From an uncultured Acidobacteriota bacterium (GTDB lineage Bacteria; Acidobacteriota; Polarisedimenticolia; J045), in assembly GCA_963702425.1 (NCBI GenBank), contig CAVPCQ010000038.1:4992-68991 (forward strand): a stretch of DNA of 64,000 nucleotides, given 5' to 3'. This document shows positions 1 through 8,561 of this stretch, piece by piece. Position numbers and translations under genes: made by a program. A model generated the notes under the pieces. The model was given only the letters and a program-made list of their open reading frames with translations. It was not told where the DNA came from and searched no databases. Positions within the stretch are counted from its first letter, which is position 1. Every line of letters starts with the position of its first letter.

Positions 1-1
1 C

Positions 2-1045
2 GCCCGCCCCGCCGCCACGACCGGCCGCGCCGGCGACTTCTCGACCTCGCCCGACATCTCGCCGGACTTCGGCCGGCGGCTGGCGGTCCAGGCGGCGGAG
101 GTCTGGGAGCGGCTGGGCGGCGGGCCGTGGCAACTGGTCGAGCTGGGACCCGGCCGGGGACTGCTCGCCGGAGACCTGCTCGACGGCCTCGAGCGGCACG
201 CCCCGGCGGCGCGCGCCGCGCTGACGGAGCTGGTGCTGGTCGAGCCCAGCGAGACGCTGCGCGCGGCCCAGTCGGAGCGGCTGCGCGCGGCGCACCCCGG
301 GCTTTCCCTGCGCTGGGCCGCCTCGCCCGCCGAGCTGGCGCCCGGATCGATCACGGGGGTCGTGGTCGGCAACGAGGTCCTGGACGCCCTGCCCACGCAC
401 TGGCTCGCCCGGCGCGAGCACGGGCTGGTCGAGCGCTGCGTCGCGGTCGGCGCGGACGGCGCGCTGGCGCTGGCCGACGGGCCGCTCTCGGACCCCCGGC
501 TGGCCGGGCGCGTGGCGCGCTACGGCCTGCTCGCGCGCGTCGGGGACGACGCCGAGATCTGCCTCGCGCTCGAGGAACTCATCTCCGCGACCGCCCGCGC
601 CCTGGCGCGCGGCGCGGTCCTGTTCATCGACTACGGCCACCCCGCGGCCCGGCTGGCGGACGAGGACCACGCCGACGGCACCCTGCTCGCATACCACGGG
701 CACCAGGTCGTCTTCGATCTGCTCGCCCGCCCCGGTGAGCAGGACATCACCGCCCACGTCAACTGGGACCACTGCGTGGACGCCGCGATCGAGGCCGGGC
801 TGACCCCCTGCGGCCGGACCCGGCAGGAGCGGTTCCTGTTGGCGCTCGGGCTGCTCGAGGACCTCTTGCTCGATCCCGAGCCGGGGGCGATGGCGCCCGC
901 GGAGCAGGCCCGCCGCCTGGCCGCCCGCGCGCTGATCATGCCCGGGCTGGGGGGCGGCACCCGATTCGAGGTCGTCGGCTTCGTCCGGGGGCTTCCGGCC
1001 GACCTGCGCGGCTTCGGCGACCCCTTGGCCGGGATGCCGGTTTAG
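2..1045 (+). CDS. SAM-dependent methyltransferase, MidA/NDUFAF7 (DUF185) family; 5' end cut by the window edge
   Basis: The frame is open from the window edge to TAG 1043-1045. The translation (...GDFSTSPDISPDFGRRLA...WQLVELGPGRGLLAGDLLDGL...IDYGH...) shows the GDF.TSP..S and ELGPG.G signatures of this family. The track ORF 233..1045 is its internal part. Confidence 0.75.
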   Translation, partial: ARPAATTGRAGDFSTSPDISPDFGRRLAVQAAEVWERLGGGPWQLVELGPGRGLLAGDLLDGLERHAPAARAALTELVLVEPSETLRAAQSERLRAAHPGLSLRWAASPAELAPGSITGVVVGNEVLDALPTHWLARREHGLVERCVAVGADGALALADGPLSDPRLAGRVARYGLLARVGDDAEICLALEELISATARALARGAVLFIDYGHPAARLADEDHADGTLLAYHGHQVVFDLLARPGEQDITAHVNWDHCVDAAIEAGLTPCGRTRQERFLLALGLLEDLLLDPEPGAMAPAEQARRLAARALIMPGLGGGTRFEVVGFVRGLPADLRGFGDPLAGMPV

Positions 1046-1106
1046 CGGAAGAATGGCGCTCTTTTGGGCCGACCACGCCCGGCCCTCCGCCCGAGGACTC
1101 CCGACG

Positions 1107-2852
1107 ATGAGCACCGACGCCACGACCGCCTCCCCCGTCCACGGCCTGTTCCTCGGGGAACTCGCCGACGAGCTGGTCTACCCCTACCCGGAGCAGGAGG
1201 CCGACCAGCGCGAGACGACCGACCAGGCGGTCGAGGCCTTCCGCGATTGGGCGCGCGACAACGTCGATGCGCGGGCGATCGACGCCGCCCAGGAGATCCC
1301 CGAGGCGGTGCGCGACGGGATGGCCGAGCTGGGGATCATGGGGATGACGGTCCCCGAGGAGTACGGCGGCTACGGCTTCGGGATGACCGGCTACTGCCGG
1401 ATGGTCGAGGAGCTGACCCGCAACGACGCCTCGCTCTCGGTCTACGTCGGCGCGCACCTGTCGATCGGCGCGCGGCCGATCATCCTCTACGGCTCACCCG
1501 CGCAGCAAGCGAAGATCCTGCCCGGGGTCGCCAGCGGCGAGACGCTCTGCGCTTTCGCGCTGACCGAGCCGGGAGCGGGCTCCGACGCCGGCTCGATGCG
1601 CACGCGCGCGGAGTGGGACGCCGCGAAAGGCGTCTACCGGATCAACGGCAACAAGATCTGGATCACCAACGGCGGCTACGCGAAGCTGTTCACGGTCTTT
1701 GCGCGCGGCTCGGGCGGACCGGCGGGAGAAGGGGAGGGGTTCTCCGCCTTCATGGTGCGGCGCGGCACGCCCGGCTTCACCAACGGCCCGTCGGAGCACA
1801 AGCTCGGGATCCGCGGCACCTCGACCACGGAGCTGGCCTTCGTCGACGTCGAGGTCCCGCCGGAGGATCGCGTCGGACCGTGGGGCGAGGGGTTCAAGAT
1901 CGCGCTCCAGTCGCTCGAGACCGGACGGCTGTCGCTCGGCGCCGGCTGCACCGGCGGGGCCAAGGAGATGGTGCGCCTGGCGGTCGAGCACGCGCGCGAG
2001 CGGCGGCAGTTCCGCCACCCGATCATCGAGTTCGGGATGATCCGCGAGAAGCTGGGCCGGATGGCGGCGTCGGCCTTCGGCGCGGAGTCGGCGGTCTATC
2101 TCGCATCGGGGCTCTACGACGCGAAGCGGGCCGACGTCGGCGTCGAGGCCGGCTACTGCAAGGTGCTGGGCTCCGAGACGCTCTGGCAGGCGGTCAACGA
2201 CACGATCCAGGTCACGGGCGGGATCGGCTACATGACCGAGTACCCCTACGAACGGCACCTGCGCGACAGCCGGATCAACCTGATCTTCGAGGGGACGAAC
2301 GAGATCCTGCGGCTGTCGGCCACGCTGGAAGCGCTCAAGGAGCCGGGCCGCCGCGTGACCGAGGCGATCAAGGCGGAGAAGGCCGAGATCGGCGCGGCGG
2401 GCCTGGTGGCGGCGATGGCGGTCGAGGGGATGCCGTCGGGCCGCACCGCCGGGGGAGCGCGCAGCCTGCGCTGGGTCACGCCCGCGCTCGCGCGCGACGC
2501 CGAGCAGTTCGCCGCGGCGCTGGCGCTGTTCGGCGAGACCGTGCGCGCGACGCTGAGAAAGCACCGCCGCGCGATCCTCGGCGCGCAGTACACGATCCGG
2601 CGGCTCGCCGACGCCGCGATCCAGCTCTACGCGGCGGCGGCGGCCCTCTCCCGCGCCAGCACGCTGGCGCGCGACAAGGGCGAGGACGGCGCGCGGCGCG
2701 AGATCCTGCTCGCCCGACGCTTCGTCGACGAGGCGACCCGCCGCGTGCGCCACGAGCTGGACGTCGTGGACGGCACGCGCGACGCGCTGGACGACGAGAT
2801 CGCGGGGCTGTTGGCGATCGAGGGGCGCTACCCCTCGCCGCTCTTCACCTAG
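1107..2852 (+). CDS. acyl-CoA dehydrogenase, long form with C-terminal extension (VLCAD/ACAD9-like architecture)
   Basis: Track ORF 1053..2852; ATG 1107 (MSTDATT) is the more plausible start. Motifs seen: TEPGAGSDAGS, KIWITNGG, QVTGGIGYM..YPYERHLRDSRINLIFEGTNEI. About 180 aa follow the ACAD core. Confidence 0.85.
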   Translation: MSTDATTASPVHGLFLGELADELVYPYPEQEADQRETTDQAVEAFRDWARDNVDARAIDAAQEIPEAVRDGMAELGIMGMTVPEEYGGYGFGMTGYCRMVEELTRNDASLSVYVGAHLSIGARPIILYGSPAQQAKILPGVASGETLCAFALTEPGAGSDAGSMRTRAEWDAAKGVYRINGNKIWITNGGYAKLFTVFARGSGGPAGEGEGFSAFMVRRGTPGFTNGPSEHKLGIRGTSTTELAFVDVEVPPEDRVGPWGEGFKIALQSLETGRLSLGAGCTGGAKEMVRLAVEHARERRQFRHPIIEFGMIREKLGRMAASAFGAESAVYLASGLYDAKRADVGVEAGYCKVLGSETLWQAVNDTIQVTGGIGYMTEYPYERHLRDSRINLIFEGTNEILRLSATLEALKEPGRRVTEAIKAEKAEIGAAGLVAAMAVEGMPSGRTAGGARSLRWVTPALARDAEQFAAALALFGETVRATLRKHRRAILGAQYTIRRLADAAIQLYAAAAALSRASTLARDKGEDGARREILLARRFVDEATRRVRHELDVVDGTRDALDDEIAGLLAIEGRYPSPLFT

Positions 2853-2860
2853 GAGGCCGG

Positions 2861-3646
2861 ATGGCGCTTCTCGACGGAAAGTACGGGCTGCTCCTCGGGA
2901 TCGCGAACGAGCGCTCCTACGCCTGGCACATCGCGCAGGCGCTCGAGGAAGCCGGCGCGGAGCTGGCGTTCAACGCCCTGCCCGGCGAGAAGAACGAGGC
3001 CCGCACGCGCTTCGCCGTCGACGCGCTGAACATCCCCGACCCCTGGATCCGTCCCTGCGACGTGGCCCGGGACGAAGACATCGACCGGCTCTTCGAGGCC
3101 TACGCAAAGGATTTTCCGCGGCTCGACTTCGTCGTCCACTCGGTCGCCTTCGCCGACCGCGAGTACCTGCAGCCCGGCAAGTTCATCGAGACCCCGCGGG
3201 CCTCGTTCCTGATGGCGCTGGACATCTCGGTCTACTCGCTGATCGCCGTCGCGCGGCGCGCGCGGCCGCTCCTGGCCGCGGCCGGCGGCGGCTCGATCAC
3301 GACGATGAGCCACTACGGCGGCGACAAGGTCTTCCCGGGCTACAACGCGATGGGCGCCTGCAAGGCGGCGCTCGAGGCCAGCGTCCGCTACCTGGCCGAG
3401 GAGCTGGGCGCGGAGAAGATCCGCGTCAACGCGATCTCCGGCGGGGCGTTCAAGACCCTCGCGGCGTCGGGGATCGGCGGGCTCAAGTCGATGCTCGCCG
3501 AGTCCGAGCGCCGTTCCCCGCTGCGGCGCGGTGTCGAGGGGGTCGACGTCGGCGGGACGGCGGTCTACCTGGCCTCGGAGCTCTCCTCCGGAGTCACCGG
3601 CGAGACGATCTTCGTCGACTGCGGGATGAACATCCTCGGCGCCTGA
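2861..3646 (+). CDS. fabI: enoyl-[acyl-carrier-protein] reductase (NADH), FabI type
   Basis: 261 aa, with AGGAGG 5 nt upstream of ATG 2861. Motifs seen: GIANERSYAW, the SDR catalytic Y-x6-K (YNAMGACKAALE), and RVNAISGG..KTLAASGI. It is hidden inside shadow ORF 1064..3646. Confidence 0.85.
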   Translation: MALLDGKYGLLLGIANERSYAWHIAQALEEAGAELAFNALPGEKNEARTRFAVDALNIPDPWIRPCDVARDEDIDRLFEAYAKDFPRLDFVVHSVAFADREYLQPGKFIETPRASFLMALDISVYSLIAVARRARPLLAAAGGGSITTMSHYGGDKVFPGYNAMGACKAALEASVRYLAEELGAEKIRVNAISGGAFKTLAASGIGGLKSMLAESERRSPLRRGVEGVDVGGTAVYLASELSSGVTGETIFVDCGMNILGA

Positions 3647-3677
3647 ACCTCGGGCGCAGTCGGGGGACGGCGGCAGG

Positions 3678-6600
3678 ATGGTCCCGACCCAAGCGGTCCT
3701 GGCGTGGCTCCACCGCACCTTCGCGCTGCGCCGCGGGGAGGGCCGCCGCGCCCTGCTGCTGACCGTCTACCTGGGCGTCGTGATCGCCTCGTACCTGATC
3801 CTGAAAGCGGTTCGCGACGCGCTCTTCATCGCCGCCTTCAGCGCGATGAAGCTGCCCTACGTCATCTTCGGCATCGCGCTCCTGGTGGGCGTGTTCGTCG
3901 ACGTCTACATCAGGATCTCGCGCCGCGTCCCGGCGGCGCGGCTGATCACCTGGACGCTGGCCCTGTTCATCTCGAATCTCCTGGCGTTCTGGGTCCTGGC
4001 GCGGATGGGCTTCACCTGGCTCTTTCCGCTGCTCTATATCTGGGTCGGCTTCTTCGGGGTCGCGGCGCCGGTCCAGGTCTGGACGCTGGCCAACGAGGTC
4101 TTCACGACGCGCGAGGCGAAGCGCGTCTTCGGCATCGTCGGCGGCGGCGGGATCACGGGGGCGATCATCGGCGGCGCGATCGCCAGCGTGCTGGCGATCG
4201 AGATCGGGACCGAGCAGCTGCTGCTGGTGGTCGCGCTGCTGCTGGTGGCCTGCATCGTCCTGGTGCACTGGATCGCGCGCTACCGGTTGCCGGTGCTGCG
4301 CGAGCGGCGGGATGAGGTCCTCCCGTGGAACCTGGCGATCAGCGCGCGGCGGGTGCGGAGTTCCCCGCACCTGCGGGTGCTGGCGGCGCTGGTCTTCGTC
4401 GGCGCGCTGGCCACGACGATCGTCGATTTTCAGTTCAAGGCGGCGGCCGGCGGTGCGGGATTCACCCGCGACGAGCTGACGGCGTTCTTCGCGGCGACCC
4501 TGTCGGCGATGTCGCTGGTCGGCCTCGTCGTCCAGCTCGGGATCGTCCGGCCCGTGCTCCGGTCGCTCGGGTTGGGGGCGGCGATCCTGGTCCTGCCGTT
4601 CTCGCTGCTGCTCGGCGAGTCGACGCTGATCGTGCTGGGCAGCCTGTGGGCCGCGGTCTTCATGAAGGCCAGCGACGGCGCGTTCAAGCACTCGATCGAC
4701 CGCTCGAGCAAGGAGCTGGCCTACCTGCCGGTCCCGGTCGAGATCAAGTTCCAGGTCAAGTCGGCGATCGACATGGTGCTCGATCGGCTGGGGGACGCGA
4801 CGGGCGGCCTGGTCCTGCTCGTGCTCGCGACCTGGCTCGGCTTCTCGATCGTCACGATCGGCTGGGTCAACCTTGCTCTGCTCGGGGCCTGGCTGTTGCT
4901 GGCGCGCCGGCTGCGGCAGTCGTACGTCGACGAGCTGGCGACCTCGATCGGGGCCAAGAGCGCGCGCGCCAGCTACGAGTTGGACGCCTCGCTGATCGAC
5001 GCCGACGCGCGCGCCGGGCTGCGGCGCGCGCTGACCGCCGCCGACCCGCAGACGATCGGGATCGCGCTCGAGCTGGCGTCGCTCTCCCCCGGCAGCGACC
5101 TCGAGCCGGAACTGGCCCAGCTCGCGCAGCACGAGAGCCCGGAGGTCCGCGCGCGCGTGCTGGGTGTGTTCCTCGCACCGGGCGGGTCCGGGCTGCCGCC
5201 CGAGCTGCTCGACCGGCTCGAGGAGGCCGACCACGACCTGCTCGCCAAGGGGCTCGACCTGGTGCTGGCGACGACGCCCGAAGAGCGCCGCGAGCGAGCC
5301 ACGGCGCTGCTCGGCAAGCGTCGGCCCGACACGCAGGGCGTGATGCTGGCGCTGCTGGTGCGGCGGCTCGGCCCCGACTTCGCGCCGGTCGCGGCGCACG
5401 TGCTGGACGGGATGATCGCGGCCGACGCGCCGGCCTCGCTGCGTCGCGCCGCGGCCTCGGCGCTGGGGATGCTCCCCGCCGACTCGGCCCTGGCCGGCAA
5501 GCTCGACGCGCTGCTCGACGACCCCGAAACGGAGGTGCGGGCCCAGGCGGCAGAGAGCGCGGGGCGCCTCGGTCGCAGCGACCTGGTCCCGCGCCTGGTC
5601 GAGCTGCTCGGCTCCCACCGCACGCGACCGCCGGCGCACCGGGCGCTGGTGGCGCTCGGGGGGGAAGCGATCCCGGCTCTCGGGGCAGCCCTCGCCCGGC
5701 AGCGGGGCACCCCCGCTTCGGGCTCGTCGCCGGAGTCGGCGGCCCTGCGGCACGTCCCGGCGGTGCTGCGCGCGATCGGCTCCTCGGGCGCGATCGCGCT
5801 GCTGGTCGACAGCCTCGGCCACCCCGACGAGTTCGTGCGCGAGGCCTCGATCCACGCCGTCGAGCGGTTGCGCGAGCGCGACCCGGAGAACCTGCTGGCG
5901 GGCCCGGAGCTGGTCGATCCCGAGATTGCCGCCGACGGCGAGCGCCACGCCTGGATCCTCGGCCACTACGCGGCAGCCGCGGCCGAGACCGGCCCGGTGG
6001 CCGAGTTCCTCGCCGCGCGGCTGCGCGAGCACCTGGCGCGGGTGCGGCGCCGCGTCCTGTCGCTGCTCCGGATGCGGCTCGGGCCGCGCTCGGCCCAGGC
6101 CGTGGCCCGCGGCCTCGAGTCGGGACGCCCCGACCTGCGCGACAACGCGCTCGAGCTGCTCGACTCGGCCCTGCCGCGCTCGCTGCGCGCCTCGGTCGTG
6201 CCGATGCTGGAGGAGGAGCCGGCGGCGGTGCTCGAGATGCGTGCCGGGGAGCCGATCGGTTACCCTTCCCCGCGCCGCGCGCAGCTGCTGCGCGAGCTGG
6301 CGCTCGGGGCCGACCCGTGGCTCGCGGCCGCGGCGCTGCGGGTGGCCGCGGAGAGCGGGCTGGGCTGGGTCGAGGAGGTCGCGTCGCGCCGCCGCGACCA
6401 CGCGGCCACGGTCCTGGGCGAGGAAGCGCGGCGCGCGATGCGGAGGCGGGGTGGAGCCGAGGGGGAGGGACCGGGCGTGACGATGTCGCTCCTCGATCGC
6501 GCCGTGGCGCTGCGCGCGGTCGACGCCTTCCGCGGCGTCACCACCGATCAGCTCGCGCTGATCGCCGCGATCGCGGCCGAGCAGGTCCTTCCCGAGGGGA

Positions 6601-6893
6601 GCCTGCTGTTCGAGGAGGGGGCGCTCCCCGACAGCCTGTTCGTGGTCCTCGACGGCACCGTGTCGCTCATGCGCCAGGGCGCCCCGATGGGCACCGTCGC
6701 CGCCGGAGAAGCACTCGGCACATGGTCGCTGCTCGACGACGAGCCGCGCTCCGCGCGCGCCGTCGCGGCCACGCCGGTCCGGGTGCTGACGATCGAGCGC
6801 GAAGACTTCTACGACGTGCTCGCCGAGCACAGCGAGATCAGCCGCAGCCTGATGCGCGACCTCGTCGGACGGCTGCGCGAGCTGGCGCACTGA
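3678..6893 (+). CDS. multidomain membrane protein: TLC/Npt-type (ATP:ADP antiporter-like MFS) transporter domain + HEAT-like repeats + C-terminal cyclic-nucleotide-binding domain
   Basis: 1071 aa. The N-terminal ~430 aa are polytopic, with the LRRGEG..LL..YL..I.SYLILKAVRDALF opening typical of Npt1/Npt2-family carriers. The middle is Ala/Leu/Arg-rich helical repeats (..ESPEVRARV.., ..DPETEVRAQAAESAGRLG.., ..HPDEFVREASIHAVERL..). The C-terminus (~6510-6890) carries GSLLFEEGALPDSLFVVLDGTV...AAGEALGTWSLLD..PRSA.A.A, a cNMP-binding fold. Confidence 0.7.
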   Translation: MVPTQAVLAWLHRTFALRRGEGRRALLLTVYLGVVIASYLILKAVRDALFIAAFSAMKLPYVIFGIALLVGVFVDVYIRISRRVPAARLITWTLALFISNLLAFWVLARMGFTWLFPLLYIWVGFFGVAAPVQVWTLANEVFTTREAKRVFGIVGGGGITGAIIGGAIASVLAIEIGTEQLLLVVALLLVACIVLVHWIARYRLPVLRERRDEVLPWNLAISARRVRSSPHLRVLAALVFVGALATTIVDFQFKAAAGGAGFTRDELTAFFAATLSAMSLVGLVVQLGIVRPVLRSLGLGAAILVLPFSLLLGESTLIVLGSLWAAVFMKASDGAFKHSIDRSSKELAYLPVPVEIKFQVKSAIDMVLDRLGDATGGLVLLVLATWLGFSIVTIGWVNLALLGAWLLLARRLRQSYVDELATSIGAKSARASYELDASLIDADARAGLRRALTAADPQTIGIALELASLSPGSDLEPELAQLAQHESPEVRARVLGVFLAPGGSGLPPELLDRLEEADHDLLAKGLDLVLATTPEERRERATALLGKRRPDTQGVMLALLVRRLGPDFAPVAAHVLDGMIAADAPASLRRAAASALGMLPADSALAGKLDALLDDPETEVRAQAAESAGRLGRSDLVPRLVELLGSHRTRPPAHRALVALGGEAIPALGAALARQRGTPASGSSPESAALRHVPAVLRAIGSSGAIALLVDSLGHPDEFVREASIHAVERLRERDPENLLAGPELVDPEIAADGERHAWILGHYAAAAAETGPVAEFLAARLREHLARVRRRVLSLLRMRLGPRSAQAVARGLESGRPDLRDNALELLDSALPRSLRASVVPMLEEEPAAVLEMRAGEPIGYPSPRRAQLLRELALGADPWLAAAALRVAAESGLGWVEEVASRRRDHAATVLGEEARRAMRRRGGAEGEGPGVTMSLLDRAVALRAVDAFRGVTTDQLALIAAIAAEQVLPEGSLLFEEGALPDSLFVVLDGTVSLMRQGAPMGTVAAGEALGTWSLLDDEPRSARAVAATPVRVLTIEREDFYDVLAEHSEISRSLMRDLVGRLRELAH

Positions 6894-6915
6894 GCCGGCA
6901 GGGCAAGGGGAGACG

Positions 6916-7380
6916 ATGACGGAACCGGGGAACGAGAAGGCGCAGCTGCTGGTCGTCGACGACGACGTCCTGGTCACGCGCACGCTGTCCTTCCTCTTCG
7001 CGGGCCAGGACGACTTCGCGGTCCAGATGTTCAATGATCCGCGCGCGGCGCTGCAGCACCTCGAGAGCCACTCCGTCGACGTCGTCGTCGCCGACTACCT
7101 GATGCCGGGGATGGACGGGCTGCAATTCCTGTCCGAGGTGCGCCGGACGCACCCTGCGGCGAGCCGGATCATCCTCACCGGCTACGCCGACAAGGACGCG
7201 GCGATCCGCGCGATCAACGAGGTCGGCCTCTACCACTTCCTCGAGAAGCCGTGGCGCAACGAAGAGCTGCTGCTGATCCTGCGCCACGCGGCCGAGCGGG
7301 CGCGGCTCGTGTCCGAGCTGGAGCGCCGTACCGGCGACATTGCCGCCTTCCGCGAGAAGCTGTTCCGGGCCCTCCTGTGA
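6916..7380 (+). CDS. response regulator, stand-alone receiver domain
   Basis: 154 aa with AAGGGGAG upstream. Receiver signatures seen: LLVVDDD, VVVADYLMPGMDG, IILTGY, EKPW. Confidence 0.85.
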   Translation: MTEPGNEKAQLLVVDDDVLVTRTLSFLFAGQDDFAVQMFNDPRAALQHLESHSVDVVVADYLMPGMDGLQFLSEVRRTHPAASRIILTGYADKDAAIRAINEVGLYHFLEKPWRNEELLLILRHAAERARLVSELERRTGDIAAFREKLFRALL

Positions 7381-8561
7381 CCGAGCCGCTCGCGGCTTGC
7401 CAGGAGCTGTTCGAGGGGCACGTCGACCCCGGTGCCCTGCTCGATGCCGGCCTCGCCGTCCTCGTGCAGAACGCCGCCGCGCGCGGGGTGTTCGGCGAAG
7501 GCGTGGGCCGGCCCTGCTACGCGCTGCACTTCGGCCGCGAGGCGCCGTGTCCCGGCTGCCGCGCCGCGGAAGTGACCCACGACGGCGCGGCGCTGCGCTG
7601 GATGATGGAGGTTGCCGGGGAGTTTCCAGGGGCGGCGCGATCCGGGGTGTGGGAGGTGACACTCATCCCGGTGAAGGATGCCGCCGGGCGCGTCACCCGG
7701 TTCGTCGAGCTGCTGCGCGACGCGACGCTGAGCCTCGGGCTGGAGCAGCATCTGATCGAACTGGCGCGGGGCCTCGACCTCGAGATTGCCCGTCGCACCA
7801 CCGAAGCCGGGGAGTTGACCCAGCGCGCGCGCGCACTGCAGGCCGAGATCGAGCGCCTCACCGAGGAGGAGGCGGATCTGCTCCGGACCGAGCGGATGGC
7901 GGCGCTGGGGCGGGTCGTTGCCGGCGTGGCGCACGAGATCCACACCCCCCTCGGCGCGATCCTCTCGACGCTGGAGATGGTCCGGGCGCGACTGGCCGAC
8001 GGGCGGGCCGACGAGCTGAGCGAACTGGTCGAACTGATGCAGGACGCCGGCGAACGGATCCGTAAGGTGGTCCGCACGCTGCGCGTCTTCTCGCGCCTCG
8101 ACGCCGCGCAGATCGAGACGGTGGACATCCACGAGGGGCTGGAGTCGTCGCTGCACCTGCTGGCGCACGAGATGCAGCCCCGGGTGGCGGCCCTGTGCGA
8201 GTACGGCGAGACCCCGCGGGTCCGCTGCCGGCCGGACCAGATCAACCAGATCTTCCTGAATATCCTGCGGAACGCCGTGCAGGCGATCGAAGGACAGGGC
8301 ACCATCACGGTGCGTACGTTCGCGCACGAGGGTGCGGCCGTGGTCGAGATCGAGGACACCGGGCCCGGGATCGCCGCCGAGAACCTGGAGCGGGTCTTCG
8401 AGGCCGGGTTCACGACCAAACCCCGCGGCGAGGGGACGGGCTGGGGCCTGTCGATCTGCCGGCGGATCGTGCACGAGCACGGCGGTGAGATCGCCGTGCG
8501 CAGCACGGTCGGGCGCGGCACGACGTTCCGCATCACGCTGCCGATCGAGGGACCGCCATGA
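7377..8561 (+). CDS. sensor histidine kinase (PAS-like N-terminus with four Cys, HisKA, HATPase_c)
   Basis: GTG 7377 overlaps the receiver gene's stop (GTGA). Motifs seen: H-box RMAALGRVVAGVAHEIHTPLGAI, N-box FLNILRNAVQA, G1 EDTGPGI, G2 GTGWGLSI. The N-terminal segment contains RPCYALHFGREAPCPGCRAAEV. The track ORF (7251) starts inside the upstream gene. Confidence 0.8.
   Translation: MTEPLAACQELFEGHVDPGALLDAGLAVLVQNAAARGVFGEGVGRPCYALHFGREAPCPGCRAAEVTHDGAALRWMMEVAGEFPGAARSGVWEVTLIPVKDAAGRVTRFVELLRDATLSLGLEQHLIELARGLDLEIARRTTEAGELTQRARALQAEIERLTEEEADLLRTERMAALGRVVAGVAHEIHTPLGAILSTLEMVRARLADGRADELSELVELMQDAGERIRKVVRTLRVFSRLDAAQIETVDIHEGLESSLHLLAHEMQPRVAALCEYGETPRVRCRPDQINQIFLNILRNAVQAIEGQGTITVRTFAHEGAAVVEIEDTGPGIAAENLERVFEAGFTTKPRGEGTGWGLSICRRIVHEHGGEIAVRSTVGRGTTFRITLPIEGPP

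Noticed and set aside
3594-7034. Very long ORFs on the opposite strand or in alternative frames. Examples: 3594..7034(-) 1146 aa, 1064..3646(+), 4325..6919(+), 17603..21142(+), 17652..20177(-), 39965..44593(+) upstream of 43235, 50081..52588(-), 61972..63756(-).
   Set aside because: Their translations are monotonous Arg/Ala/Pro/Gly strings with no recognisable motifs. They exactly shadow genes that do have clear family signatures. Stop codons are rare in all frames of DNA this GC-rich, so length alone is not evidence.
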